This document shows, piece by piece, positions 36,834 to 46,392 of a stretch of DNA of 64,000 nt (position 1 is its first letter; each line of letters opens with the position of its first letter). The notes below the pieces were generated by a model. It ran no database searches. It saw only the letters and a list, made by a program, of their open reading frames with translations, and was not told where the DNA came from. Both the position numbers and the translations under genes were made by a program. The DNA is from Thermoplasmata archaeon. Lineage in GTDB: Archaea > Thermoplasmatota > Thermoplasmata > GCA-020350865. The stretch is taken from assembly GCA_020348445.1 (NCBI GenBank), contig CP070751.1, forward strand, positions 2,549,252 to 2,613,251, read 5' to 3'.

Positions 36834-37382
36834 TCATCTTGCCACAAAAATATGATATTTCTGATGGGCATCTGAAAGTTCCAGCTCTATTCTCTTGGCC
36901 AGATGCTTTTCAGGATGATGCATTGTACTTACTCTCTCCTCCAAGTCATCGAAACTCTTAAACGGGCCCTTTTTTCTCTCTTCGATGATGGCCCACATGG
37001 TTTTTTTGCCAAGACCTGGTATCAGCTCAAGCATGTGCAGTCGTGTCGTGACAGCCTGGGCCTCGTTGTACACCTTTAAAAACCTCTCTGGATCGGCTTT
37101 GATGATCTCCAGGAGAATAAAGGGTAATTCGCTATGGGCTGCATTTGTCAAATCGTTGTATCCGATTCTCCTTTTTACATGGAGTATCTTGTGCCTTTTT
37201 TTGGCGTCCTTACCAATGTATACCTTTTCACCCACCTGAAGCGTGACATCGGGTTTTGGGCTCAGTTCAAGGAGTTTGAATTGGTAGTTACCGATACCGT
37301 ATGCCACAGGTCCTCTTTTATATCTCTTCTCATCAGGCAGTCCTTGTGGTAAGTAATCCAAAATATATGCATAATCCTCCAA
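36834..37382 (-). CDS. DUF655 family RNA-binding protein (helix-hairpin-helix)
   Basis: EDYAYILDYLP.G, RLHMLELIPGLGKK; conserved position after rpoF. Confidence 0.92.
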   Translation of the reverse strand: MEDYAYILDYLPQGLPDEKRYKRGPVAYGIGNYQFKLLELSPKPDVTLQVGEKVYIGKDAKKRHKILHVKRRIGYNDLTNAAHSELPFILLEIIKADPERFLKVYNEAQAVTTRLHMLELIPGLGKKTMWAIIEERKKGPFKSFDDLEERVSTMHHPEKHLAKRIELELSDAHQKYHIFVAR

Positions 37383-37394
37383 TGCACTTCCCCC

Positions 37395-37718
37395 TCACCG
37401 ATATTTTTCCACAATATCCAGGATCTTCTTAATCTCTTTATCCTCTAAAGTGAATCTTTCCTTTGCAAATATTGCCCGTACTTCCTCTGGGTGCATTGGG
37501 AGAATATCCACGATCTTATAGGCGAAAGGTTCGGTTATTCTCTCGATTTCTAGTAGCTCTTTGGCCATCTGTTTCGTTTTCGTTACTCCGATTTGTGCAA
37601 AATGCTTGGCATGTTCCAAGGCCAGTTTTTGCTCATAGGTGAGCTCCCTTTTCTTCTGCTCCTTTTCTAGAAGATTTTTGACCTCGGATAATGATACGTA
37701 CCTGACCTCTTCTTCCAC
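37395..37718 (-). CDS. rpoF: DNA-directed RNA polymerase subunit F (Rpo4)
   Basis: ELTYEQ..ALEH, KIVDILP....EVRAIFAKER. Confidence 0.93.
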   Translation of the reverse strand: MEEEVRYVSLSEVKNLLEKEQKKRELTYEQKLALEHAKHFAQIGVTKTKQMAKELLEIERITEPFAYKIVDILPMHPEEVRAIFAKERFTLEDKEIKKILDIVEKYR

Positions 37719-37727
37719 AAAATCACC

Positions 37728-38024
37728 TTATGCCAACTGTTTTCTTAGATGTTCAGGCCTTACAATCAGGGTCTTTTTTTTATTGCCGCATTTCACATCC
37801 AACAGGTAAGCTTCTCCCTGTTTTCCAACGATGGTGCCTGTTAATCCATAGAACCTTCTGTGTGGCTGACCCTTATGTATGCTGGGATCGATTATTATAC
37901 TGGCCTTCTCCCCCTCTTCGAAGGTCTGTAGTATTCTAGTGGTTGGGGGTTGCCCCCTTTCTCTGGGCCTCTTTCTGAGTACCTGTCTTGTTTTCGAGCG
38001 TGTGCCCTTGGATCTTCTCACCAT
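37728..38024 (-). CDS. rpl21e: 50S ribosomal protein L21e
   Basis: SKG.RSKTR..L, IDPSIHKGQPHRRFYGLTG, RPEHL. Confidence 0.97.
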   Translation of the reverse strand: MVRRSKGTRSKTRQVLRKRPRERGQPPTTRILQTFEEGEKASIIIDPSIHKGQPHRRFYGLTGTIVGKQGEAYLLDVKCGNKKKTLIVRPEHLRKQLA

Positions 38025-38026
38025 TT

Positions 38027-39286
38027 CTATTTGCCTCCATCCTCATCATGGATATGCATAACATCCAAAGTTTTTATATTACATTTTACATCCAGGTATT
38101 CCGCGATACTGGGTTTTGTTCGTCCCTCATCCCCGTGTACCAACTCCTTCACATAGATGCCGCTTTCACCTGTAATTGTGAATTTTGCCTTTTTATCATC
38201 AACAGTTTCAATATCAATATCTTTTACCATTCTCTTTCTTGTTTTGTCAGCTCTTCTGTGCAGAACTCTTTTTGGGGTTTTTTGCTCGATAGTCCTATCC
38301 TTGAATGCACGAACTACCTCTTTAAGTTTTGCATGTTTTATGGGCTCTGCAAATTCAACCTCCACATCGTACGTTTTTAACACTTTTGCGTCTTTGATGG
38401 CTACAACTTCTTCCTTCGAGGACTTGCGTATATCTGATACCTCCACCATTCCTTCCGAATGTAAATTGATACGTTTTTCAAGCTTTTTAAGTTCAAGATG
38501 ACGTTTTATTGGGATTTTTATTTCAAGTATGAAAGGTCTTCCATTTCCCAGCATCCTTGCATCTATATCCTCCCTACCCATCCCGTGAAAACTGTGGTCA
38601 GCTCCCTTTGTATCGTCCATTACCACCTTGGCTATGATCTCCTCAATACTGGTATCGTACATCTTGCCCGTGTAGTTGCATTTTTCGCATCCTTTTCCCC
38701 AGCAGTCCTTGCAGTCCCACCGCGTCTGCGGTATTCCTCTTATCAATTTTTTGTACCTACCATAAAGGAATAAGGGTGTGATTTGCAGTTCCACAGAATC
38801 GAATCTCGTGTCAATTACAGCCGTGATATCAGGATTTTCGAAATTGACTGTTTTTTTGACCTTGGCCTCAACGAGTTTACCCACCTCTCTATTGATTTCC
38901 GCCTTGATGGGTTCATAGTGTTGGTTTCCCAGTTCCCCCCAGAGCCTCTCTTCCCTATCCATTATCTCGGCGTCTATCTTGGAGCCTATGAGGAATGTAT
39001 CGTATTGATATGGATCAAGTTTTTTTATAACAATCTCCGAAAATTTCGGAAGCTCGTTAAAAAGGCCACTGCAGAGCCAGCACTCAGAGGGTTCCCGAAC
39101 CACCTTCTGCTTGGCTGATTCATCCGCAAGATGAGAAATCAGTGCATTTCGTAGATAAAAGCCTCTCTCCTTGTTGCTCATGCCATGGCCATGTTTTGCG
39201 AACTGGCGACCCAAACAATGGTAGCATAATCCCTTGGAGGCTGCCTTTTCAGCCAGATCTAGGTCCACCAAATCCGATATTTCCAT
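38027..39286 (-). CDS. pus10: tRNA pseudouridine(54/55) synthase Pus10 (start revised to MEISD at 39286)
   Basis: CYHCLGRQF, GRYKKL.RGIPQTRW, FHGMGREDIDARMLG.GRPF, SG.YVKELVHGD.GRT.PS. Confidence 0.95.
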   Translation of the reverse strand: MEISDLVDLDLAEKAASKGLCYHCLGRQFAKHGHGMSNKERGFYLRNALISHLADESAKQKVVREPSECWLCSGLFNELPKFSEIVIKKLDPYQYDTFLIGSKIDAEIMDREERLWGELGNQHYEPIKAEINREVGKLVEAKVKKTVNFENPDITAVIDTRFDSVELQITPLFLYGRYKKLIRGIPQTRWDCKDCWGKGCEKCNYTGKMYDTSIEEIIAKVVMDDTKGADHSFHGMGREDIDARMLGNGRPFILEIKIPIKRHLELKKLEKRINLHSEGMVEVSDIRKSSKEEVVAIKDAKVLKTYDVEVEFAEPIKHAKLKEVVRAFKDRTIEQKTPKRVLHRRADKTRKRMVKDIDIETVDDKKAKFTITGESGIYVKELVHGDEGRTKPSIAEYLDVKCNIKTLDVMHIHDEDGGK

Positions 39287-39476
39287 AGATTCACCTATAT
39301 TTGTAAGTTGAAGGGAAAATGTTGCCAGTATAAGAGGTTTGCGGGAGTGTAATGGCTTTTCGGTTGGTAGATGACCATTAATAATCGGTTTTTGAGCAAT
39401 TATTAAACTTAGTGATTGTTGACAATTATAAGAAATCAAAACCAAGTTGTAAATTGAAATGCCCAACATACAAATC

Positions 39477-39608
39477 TTAGGGAAATCGTTTTCGATTTCG
39501 TAAAATCTCACCTATGTATGCGATAGCACATTTCTCATCAAGATACCAGGCACAATCAAGGGGATTGCATTTTTCAGGCTTACCAGAGGAAAAGGTCATG
39601 GGGCACAT
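39477..39608 (-). CDS. 43-aa four-cysteine small protein (not in ORF track)
   Basis: Hand translation MCPMTFSSGKPEKCNPLDCAWYLDEKCAIAYIGEILRNRKRFP; GGAG and AGGTGA RBS-like sequences upstream. Confidence 0.6.
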   Translation of the reverse strand: MCPMTFSSGKPEKCNPLDCAWYLDEKCAIAYIGEILRNRKRFP

Positions 39609-39806
39609 CCTATTCTCCAATTTATCACCTGCAACTAATACACCGAATATCGGTATATAAGAATTTATTTCAGAAATTATTCATTATTGATAATTTTGAT
39701 GATGAAAAGATACCAGGTAAATTTGATGGAAAATATTAGATTAGCCTTAAATATTGATATAAGAGGTACGGTAATCAGCATAATCATCCAAAAGGTGTGT
39801 GTTATC

Positions 39807-40817
39807 ATGAACACTTTAATACAAAAATTGATAGATAAACTTGAGGAAGCTCCATCACGTGAATTCAAAATCGTTGTTATGCCCCACTTTTGCATAGATA
39901 ACTTCATAGAATATGGAGGAAGTTATGAATCATTTATAGAGATGTTTGGGAAAATCGCGAAACAAGGGGGAGGGAACCTCACAATCTCCCAAACATTCCA
40001 CATGGGAGGTAAGGCAGCAAACTGTGCTAGCGCCCTGGCGTCTTTGGGAATCCAAACGTATCTTGTCGCAAGGACAAACGAACTGGGCCTTAAATTAATG
40101 GAATATTTTACCAAAGAGAAGAATATGGATCTTACTCATGTAGGCGCTTTAGGGAAATTAGCTTACACTACAACAATTGAGCTTGAGGGTGCTAATGTCA
40201 TGATAAGTGACCCAGGTTCCCTTTCCAAATTTGGCCCTGATTATCTCTCAGAAGAAGATATAAAATTGATTAGAGAAGCAGATATTGTCTATATCTCGGA
40301 TTGGGGATTGAATGAAAAGGGTACAGAACTGGCACAGTATGTCTTCGGCTTTGCCAAGGAAAATAAGGGATGTAAAACCTTCTTTGATCCAGGAGACCCA
40401 TCCCCTAAGAGGGAGAGGGAAAAGGAAGATATTGCCAGATTAAAACAAGATGTATTTGATAAAGGTCTCGTGGATATAATCAGTTTGAATCTGGATGAAC
40501 TCAGAAGATACGGTGATTTAGAATATCTTCGCAAGGTGGCAAGGGTGGATTTACATACATATAGATATGCAAGATGTTATTTTAAGGTTGAAGAAACTGA
40601 AAAAATACCCACTTTTAATGTAACACCAAAAAGACTCACCGGAGCTGGTGATGCGTGGAATGCCGGCGATATATATGGTAAGGTATTGGAGTCTACCCCT
40701 GAGGAGAGCCTCCTACTTGCGAATGCAAATGCTGCATATTATATATCAAATTCTGAATCAAGACATCCCCAAAGACAGGATTTGATAGAATTCTTAAAGG
40801 ATAAATTGACCATATGA
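39807..40817 (+). CDS. PfkB/ribokinase-family carbohydrate kinase (start revised to MNTL at 39807)
   Basis: GGKAANCA, FFDPGD, TGAGDAWNAG anion-hole motif. Confidence 0.88.
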   Translation: MNTLIQKLIDKLEEAPSREFKIVVMPHFCIDNFIEYGGSYESFIEMFGKIAKQGGGNLTISQTFHMGGKAANCASALASLGIQTYLVARTNELGLKLMEYFTKEKNMDLTHVGALGKLAYTTTIELEGANVMISDPGSLSKFGPDYLSEEDIKLIREADIVYISDWGLNEKGTELAQYVFGFAKENKGCKTFFDPGDPSPKREREKEDIARLKQDVFDKGLVDIISLNLDELRRYGDLEYLRKVARVDLHTYRYARCYFKVEETEKIPTFNVTPKRLTGAGDAWNAGDIYGKVLESTPEESLLLANANAAYYISNSESRHPQRQDLIEFLKDKLTI

Positions 40818-40978
40818 ATTCTCTTCAATGGATCATCATGTTCAGGAGGAAGAAGGGGAATTTATGGACCATTATCTCGGTTTTCCGAAAGACATGTGAT
40901 CTTCTAATTTAATCTTAGAAAATTTCATATAACAAATATGCGATAACATATCAAAAGCATATTGTGGGAGGTAAGTAA

Positions 40979-41338
40979 ATGAAAAAGCATTCAGTATGTC
41001 ATATAGAATGGTCTTGCACAGATTTAGAGCGAACCAAAACGTTTTTATCGAGCCTATTTGGATGGAAATTTACTCCCTGGGGAGATGACTACCTGCTTTT
41101 CAACACCCCGGAGGGACCCAATGGAGGCATCATGAAGGTGGATTCAGTTATTCCTGGGAAATCTCCGTATATCTATATCGAGGTGGATGAAATCGAGCCG
41201 TACCTTGAAAAGGCCAAAGAAATGGGCGGAGGTATAGATACACCAAAAAAGGAAATCCCCAAGGTAGGCTGGTTTGCCCATATCACTGATCCAGACGACA
41301 ATATCATCGGTCTTTTTGAAAGCCCGAAAAAAGAATAA
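40979..41338 (+). CDS. VOC/glyoxalase/bleomycin-resistance family protein
   Basis: CHIEW...D.ER...F...LFGW, YIEVDEI, G.FAHITDPDDN.IGL. Confidence 0.9.
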   Translation: MKKHSVCHIEWSCTDLERTKTFLSSLFGWKFTPWGDDYLLFNTPEGPNGGIMKVDSVIPGKSPYIYIEVDEIEPYLEKAKEMGGGIDTPKKEIPKVGWFAHITDPDDNIIGLFESPKKE

Positions 41339-41438
41339 GACCTGGGATCACTCTGATATTTGAGTAGAATTCGCAAAAGCCAAGTTCAATGCGAACAATA
41401 AAGAAAGATTTAATAAACAAAAAGGGTTTCTTAAAAAT

Positions 41439-42272
41439 ATGAGAATCAAGATTTTAGGGTCTGGACAGGATGCAGGCATACCGCATACTGGTTGTAATTG
41501 TGAGGTCTGCGATAAAGCAAGGGATCATAACGAGAATCGAAGATTGGGACCCTCGATAGCAATCCTAGATGACAATGGGGATTTTTGCTACCTAATCGAT
41601 GCATCACCTGATTTTAAATATCAATTGGATATGATCAGAGGGGAGATAAACGAGAAAAAGAGAAATGGAAGATTGCCCATAAGCGGAATATTATTAACCC
41701 ATGCCCATCTCGGTCATTTCTCTGGACTATGGCAGCTTGGCAGAGAGGCTGTAAATGAAAATGAACTTCCCGTGTTTTGCACTCTTAAAATGAAACATGT
41801 TCTTTTGGATAATTATCCGTTCAATCTCCTAATCCAAAATAAGAATATAGAAGTTGTGGAAATTCACCTCCAAAAAGAGTTCAAATTAAATGGATTGACG
41901 GGCATACCAATTAAGGTTCCTCATAGAGACGAGGTTGGCGATACAGTTGGATATATTTTCCAATCAAAGAAGAGAATTATCTATATACCAGACATTGACA
42001 GTTGGACAGATGAGGTATTAAATGAAATTAGAAATTCCGATATTGCTATAATCGATGGAACTTTTTATTCAAAGGGTGAAATACCTGAACATGATGAGGT
42101 TCCACATCCTTCTATTCTCGAAACAATTACGTTATTGGGGGATATCAGAAATGAAATTTATTTCACCCATATCAACCATACAAACCCAATAAACATAAAG
42201 GGGCAGGAAAGAAAGGAACTCGAAAGAAAAGGTTATAAGATCGCATACGACGGTATGACAATAGAAATATAA
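41439..42272 (+). CDS. PqqB-like metallo-beta-lactamase-fold hydrolase
   Basis: GSGQDAG.P...CNC..C, LIDASPD, THAHLGH, PHR, YIPDID, DGTF, THINHTN. Confidence 0.88.
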   Translation: MRIKILGSGQDAGIPHTGCNCEVCDKARDHNENRRLGPSIAILDDNGDFCYLIDASPDFKYQLDMIRGEINEKKRNGRLPISGILLTHAHLGHFSGLWQLGREAVNENELPVFCTLKMKHVLLDNYPFNLLIQNKNIEVVEIHLQKEFKLNGLTGIPIKVPHRDEVGDTVGYIFQSKKRIIYIPDIDSWTDEVLNEIRNSDIAIIDGTFYSKGEIPEHDEVPHPSILETITLLGDIRNEIYFTHINHTNPINIKGQERKELERKGYKIAYDGMTIEI

Positions 42273-42308
42273 AATTCCAAGTTTGGAATCTCAGTGAAGG
42301 TAATTGAG

Positions 42309-43028
42309 ATGCAGGACATAAAATCGAAAATAGAAAAGATCATACAGCGCAACACTAAAAATGAATACATTATAGATTTTTCATTTTTGGAAGGCTTAGT
42401 ACCTAAGAAATTTAAAAAATTGAAATATGGTATCACAATCGGTATCAAATTGGATGATAGAATCGTAGATGATATCGCATCCGGCCCCACCTTGGAATAT
42501 GCTGAACATTATCACCAGCTAAATACTACGCTGAACAAGATCGCAGGTAATACAAAAAATATGTTAAAAAGACAAGGATATGAAGCCGAAGTTATCAAAT
42601 CCACTCTTAGAACAAAGGAGGAGAAAAAATATCCTAACTACTTTAAGACATTAGCGGTCGAGTTCCCCCACAAAACAGCGGCAACAAGAAGCGGTCTTGG
42701 TTGGATAGGAAAGAGTGCACTTTTTATTTCGTACGAATTCGGCCCTCGAGTGAGACTTGTAACTGTGCTAACAAATAAATCCTTGGATTGTGGTCAACCA
42801 ATTAAAACCGGTTTGTGCGGAACCTGCGACATCTGTATAAAAAAATGCCCTGCAAAAGCCTCAAATGGAAGAACCTGGACTGCGGGTATGAAAAGGGAGG
42901 ATTTTTATGATGCGCATAAATGCAGAGAAACAGCCAAAGAATTGTCAATGGTGCGTATGGGAATAGACGAGATCATGTGTGGAATCTGCATTGCCGCATG
43001 TCCTATTGGAAAGAGGGAGGGTGGGTAG
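42309..43028 (+). CDS. QueG/reductive-dehalogenase-like 4Fe-4S protein
   Basis: FPHKTAATRSGLGWIGKS, GPRVRL.TVLT, CGTCDICIKKCP, CGICIAACP. Confidence 0.85.
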   Translation: MQDIKSKIEKIIQRNTKNEYIIDFSFLEGLVPKKFKKLKYGITIGIKLDDRIVDDIASGPTLEYAEHYHQLNTTLNKIAGNTKNMLKRQGYEAEVIKSTLRTKEEKKYPNYFKTLAVEFPHKTAATRSGLGWIGKSALFISYEFGPRVRLVTVLTNKSLDCGQPIKTGLCGTCDICIKKCPAKASNGRTWTAGMKREDFYDAHKCRETAKELSMVRMGIDEIMCGICIAACPIGKREGG

Positions 43029-43030
43029 AA

Positions 43031-43489
43031 GTGGAAATTTCAAAGGGGGATCAAAAGGATATTGATTCCTGTCTTTCTATTGCCAAGGAACTTAAACAAT
43101 ACTTTACTGAAGAAGCGATTTTGAAAATGGGTGAAGACCTGAAATCCCATGTATTATATGTCGCTCTGGATTCAGTTGCGGTTGTGGGTTTCGTCACTAT
43201 TTATAATAAAAACAAACATGTAGCAGAGATATCATGGATTGGTGTTAAACTAGATTTTCAGCATCAGGGAATTGGTTCTGCATTGATTGATCATATTACC
43301 TTTGATCTAAAATCTCAAGGAATCAAACTTCTGGAGGTAAAGACACTTGCAGAGGATGGAAAATATAAACCCTATGAGATAACACGAAGGTTCTATGAGA
43401 AGATGGGATTTGTACATCTGGATACCATAGACCATTATCCTGGATGGGGGCCTGAAAATCCCTGCGCAATTTATATCAAGGTTTTGTAG
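43031..43489 (+). CDS. GNAT acetyltransferase (probable GTG start at 43031)
   Basis: EISWIGV...QHQGIGSALI, RRFYEKMGF. Confidence 0.88.
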   Translation: MEISKGDQKDIDSCLSIAKELKQYFTEEAILKMGEDLKSHVLYVALDSVAVVGFVTIYNKNKHVAEISWIGVKLDFQHQGIGSALIDHITFDLKSQGIKLLEVKTLAEDGKYKPYEITRRFYEKMGFVHLDTIDHYPGWGPENPCAIYIKVL

Positions 43490-43608
43490 TGCAATCTTTC
43501 CTGAGAGAAGCATTTTTTGGGTCATTAATTCATTAAACCCATATCCACTAAATTCATATACCAGCACACCAATACCAGTAATTAGTGACGAAAGGGGAGA
43601 GGACCCCC

Positions 43609-44298
43609 ATGAAACATGATGCAGTCATCTTCGATCTATTTGGTACACTTGTGGACAACTTCTCTTTCCAAGAGCACCTGGATGTCCTTGAAGAAATGGC
43701 AAAGACTCTTTCTGTTCCATCGGAAGATTTTATGAGCCTATGGCTTTATACCTTCGATGAACGGGTTAAAGGTGTGTACAAGAATCCTGAGTCAAATATT
43801 GTATATATTTGCAAAGAACTCGGGATTAAGTTAGATAAACAAAGAATTTTAAAAGCCGGTAAGATAAGACGCAACTTCACACGCCGCACCTTAAAACCAC
43901 GGCAAGATGCTGTGAAAACCATGGAGCAACTGAAGGTAAAAGGATACAAAATCGGATTGATAACAGATTGCTCCTCAGAGGTACCATCCTATTGGAAAGA
44001 CCTGCCCTTTGCCAAACTGGTGGATGTTCCAGTATTCTCATGCTTAACAGGATTAAAGAAGCCAGATCCACGAATATACAAGCTCGCCTGCAATCGTCTG
44101 GGTGTGAGCCCTGAAAAATGTTTTTATGTGGGCGATGGTAGCAGCTATGAACTGTCTGGAGCTTCCAAAGTTGGCATGAAACCAGTTCTGATTCATACGC
44201 CTTCCGAGGATGAAAACGATTCCTATCAGGTAAATCCAGAAAGATGGTATGGGGATAAGGTTACAGGATTAAAAGAAATCCTGAGTCTTATCGAATGA
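43609..44298 (+). CDS. HAD-superfamily hydrolase
   Basis: DLFGTL, ITD, KKPDP.IY, YVGDG...EL.GA..VGM. Confidence 0.92.
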   Translation: MKHDAVIFDLFGTLVDNFSFQEHLDVLEEMAKTLSVPSEDFMSLWLYTFDERVKGVYKNPESNIVYICKELGIKLDKQRILKAGKIRRNFTRRTLKPRQDAVKTMEQLKVKGYKIGLITDCSSEVPSYWKDLPFAKLVDVPVFSCLTGLKKPDPRIYKLACNRLGVSPEKCFYVGDGSSYELSGASKVGMKPVLIHTPSEDENDSYQVNPERWYGDKVTGLKEILSLIE

Positions 44299-44404
44299 CA
44301 CTATTTTTCAGAGGCGTATCTTCCATATCTTTAGGTCATTTCCCTTCCAAAAACTTCGTATAGTAAAAAATACAATATATATTATCAGATAGGAGGATAC
44401 GTCC

Positions 44405-44773
44405 ATGAAAGGCAGATTATACTTGATTCATTGGCACCCCTTTGAAGCGCAGGAATACGCTATAAATCTACGTGCTGAAGGATGGCAGGTTGATGTTGAA
44501 TCCAAGGACGGAGCCCAGGCAGGTAGAAAGATATTATCGGAAATACCAGATGCAGTTGTTATTTACCTGTCACGTTTACCTTCCCACGGATGTGTTACTG
44601 CTCGCAGCCTAAGGGCATATAAGGAAGGCCGAGACCTACCCATTGTTTTCGTGGATGGAAAGGAGGAAGCCATAGAAATGACCAAGATTAAGGTTCCTGA
44701 TTGTGTATTCACCACCTCAGATGAATTGGAAAATGTTTTATCGAGGGTCTCAAAGATCGGGAAAATAGAATGA
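44405..44773 (+). CDS. Standalone receiver-like (CheY-fold) protein lacking the phospho-Asp
   Basis: L..EGW.V, PDAVVIYL (Tyr at the Asp position), LPIVFV. Confidence 0.6.
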   Translation: MKGRLYLIHWHPFEAQEYAINLRAEGWQVDVESKDGAQAGRKILSEIPDAVVIYLSRLPSHGCVTARSLRAYKEGRDLPIVFVDGKEEAIEMTKIKVPDCVFTTSDELENVLSRVSKIGKIE

Positions 44774-44898
44774 GCACTCATTCATGACTTCATGAAAATA
44801 TGTATCACAAATTTTCTATAGCACTATGTCTTTTCTCATATACGCATTGTTATGCATTAGAAAATATATCATATAGGTGGTATTATTTGATAAGGAGA

Positions 44899-45318
44899 GT
44901 GAAAATACAAGATCATTCTGAGATTATAACATTGCTAAAACAATTATGGCCAAATGCTCCACCGAATCCCGAAGAACTTGGTGGCTTGGTTGACCAGTAC
45001 ATCCAAAACGAGAATTATGATATTTACTGTTATGAGGAAGATAAAATATTGGGAATCATTACCTTTAGCAAAAGACATGCTTTCTTCTATCAGGGGAAAG
45101 TGGCCATCATCGAGGATCTTGTAATAGATGAACCACACAGGGGAAAGGGAATAGGAAAGGAGCTTGTGGAATACGTTGAGGAAGAACTTAAGAGGCAGGG
45201 GATACTGAACATTGAGTTATCATCTGATTTACAAAGAACCGGTGCCCATGAATTCTGGGAAAAGATGGGATATACAAAATCAGGTTATCATTTCAGAAAA
45301 ATCTTCAACAACAGGTAA
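44899..45318 (+). CDS. GNAT acetyltransferase (probable GTG start after AGGAG)
   Basis: IEDLVIDEPHRGKGIGKEL, AHEFWEKMGY. Confidence 0.9.
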   Translation: MKIQDHSEIITLLKQLWPNAPPNPEELGGLVDQYIQNENYDIYCYEEDKILGIITFSKRHAFFYQGKVAIIEDLVIDEPHRGKGIGKELVEYVEEELKRQGILNIELSSDLQRTGAHEFWEKMGYTKSGYHFRKIFNNR

Positions 45319-45327
45319 ACAGGGATT

Positions 45328-46371
45328 ATGATGATACACACAAAACATTCAAAGGCAAGTAAAGTAAGCAATTGGAAATCATTTTTAAAAAACGATCCTG
45401 TACAATGGTTGCTGGAACCCGATAATCCATCAGTCAGATATTTTACCCTACGGGATATTCAAGGAATATCAGATAAGAATAAAGATGTAATTACTGCTAA
45501 AAAAGAAATAATGACAGAAGGACTGGTTCCCAAAATCCTGGCCAAGCAAAAGGCTGGAGGTTATTGGGGAAAACCTGAAGATTTCTACGAGAGATCGAAG
45601 TACAGGGGTACAGTATGGAATTTCATAATACTAGCGGAGTTAGGTGCGGATGGGAATGACAAGCGTATAAAATTGACGAGTGAGTTCATTTTAAAATGGT
45701 CCCAGGACAAAAGAAGTGGGGGATTTGCCCATCAGGGGTCAAAGTATAATGGTGGACAACATAGCGGGGTTATTCCATGTCTTACCGGTAATTTGTTATG
45801 GAGCCTCATCCGGTTCGGCTACCTAAACGATCCCAGGATCAAAAAAGGTATCAGGTGGATCACCACCTATCAGAGGTTCGATGATAAGATAAAGGTGGCA
45901 CCAACCGGGTGGCCCTATGACAGGTGGAAGAACTGCTGGGGAAGGCACTCATGCCATATGGGAGTTGTCAAGATAATGAAAGCACTTGCCGAGATTCCGA
46001 AAAGTAAAAGGACCAAAGCGGTAAATAGAACAATCGAGGAGGGGGCAGAGTATCTTTTAAAACACCATATCTACAAGCGTAGCCGCAACCTTAAAAAGGT
46101 CTCTAAGCCTCAATGGGTAAAATTCGGTTTTCCCTTGATGTACCAGTCTGATGCCATGGAAGTCATGGGAATATTGACAAGATTGGGTTTTCGGGATGAT
46201 AGAATGCAGGAGGCCTTGGATCTTATACTTTCCAAACAGAATGAAGAGGGCAAATGGAATCTTGAGAATACCTTCAATGGACGCTATTTAGTGAATATCG
46301 AACACAAGGATAAACCAAGCAAATGGGTCACCATGAATGCAATAAAGGTTTTGAAGCAGTATTACGGATAG
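45328..46371 (+). CDS. Prenyltransferase/terpene-cyclase-like alpha/alpha toroid protein (paralog 1)
   Basis: QW-type repeats (KQKAGGYW, QDKRSGGF, KQNEEGKW), WLLEPDNPSVRY, K.SKWVT. Confidence 0.75.
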   Translation: MMIHTKHSKASKVSNWKSFLKNDPVQWLLEPDNPSVRYFTLRDIQGISDKNKDVITAKKEIMTEGLVPKILAKQKAGGYWGKPEDFYERSKYRGTVWNFIILAELGADGNDKRIKLTSEFILKWSQDKRSGGFAHQGSKYNGGQHSGVIPCLTGNLLWSLIRFGYLNDPRIKKGIRWITTYQRFDDKIKVAPTGWPYDRWKNCWGRHSCHMGVVKIMKALAEIPKSKRTKAVNRTIEEGAEYLLKHHIYKRSRNLKKVSKPQWVKFGFPLMYQSDAMEVMGILTRLGFRDDRMQEALDLILSKQNEEGKWNLENTFNGRYLVNIEHKDKPSKWVTMNAIKVLKQYYG

Positions 46372-46392
46372 AACTATACATTTGGCCGAGGA

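Noticed and set aside
39287-39511. ORF-track N-terminal extension of Pus10
   Set aside because: No Pus10-like residues, and it overlaps the promoter region and the small Cys ORF; AGGTGA RBS precedes the ATG at 39286.
40825-40900. Short frame MDHHVQEEEGEF resembling a hemerythrin HHE motif
   Set aside because: Only 23 codons with no supporting flanking homology visible; may be chance.
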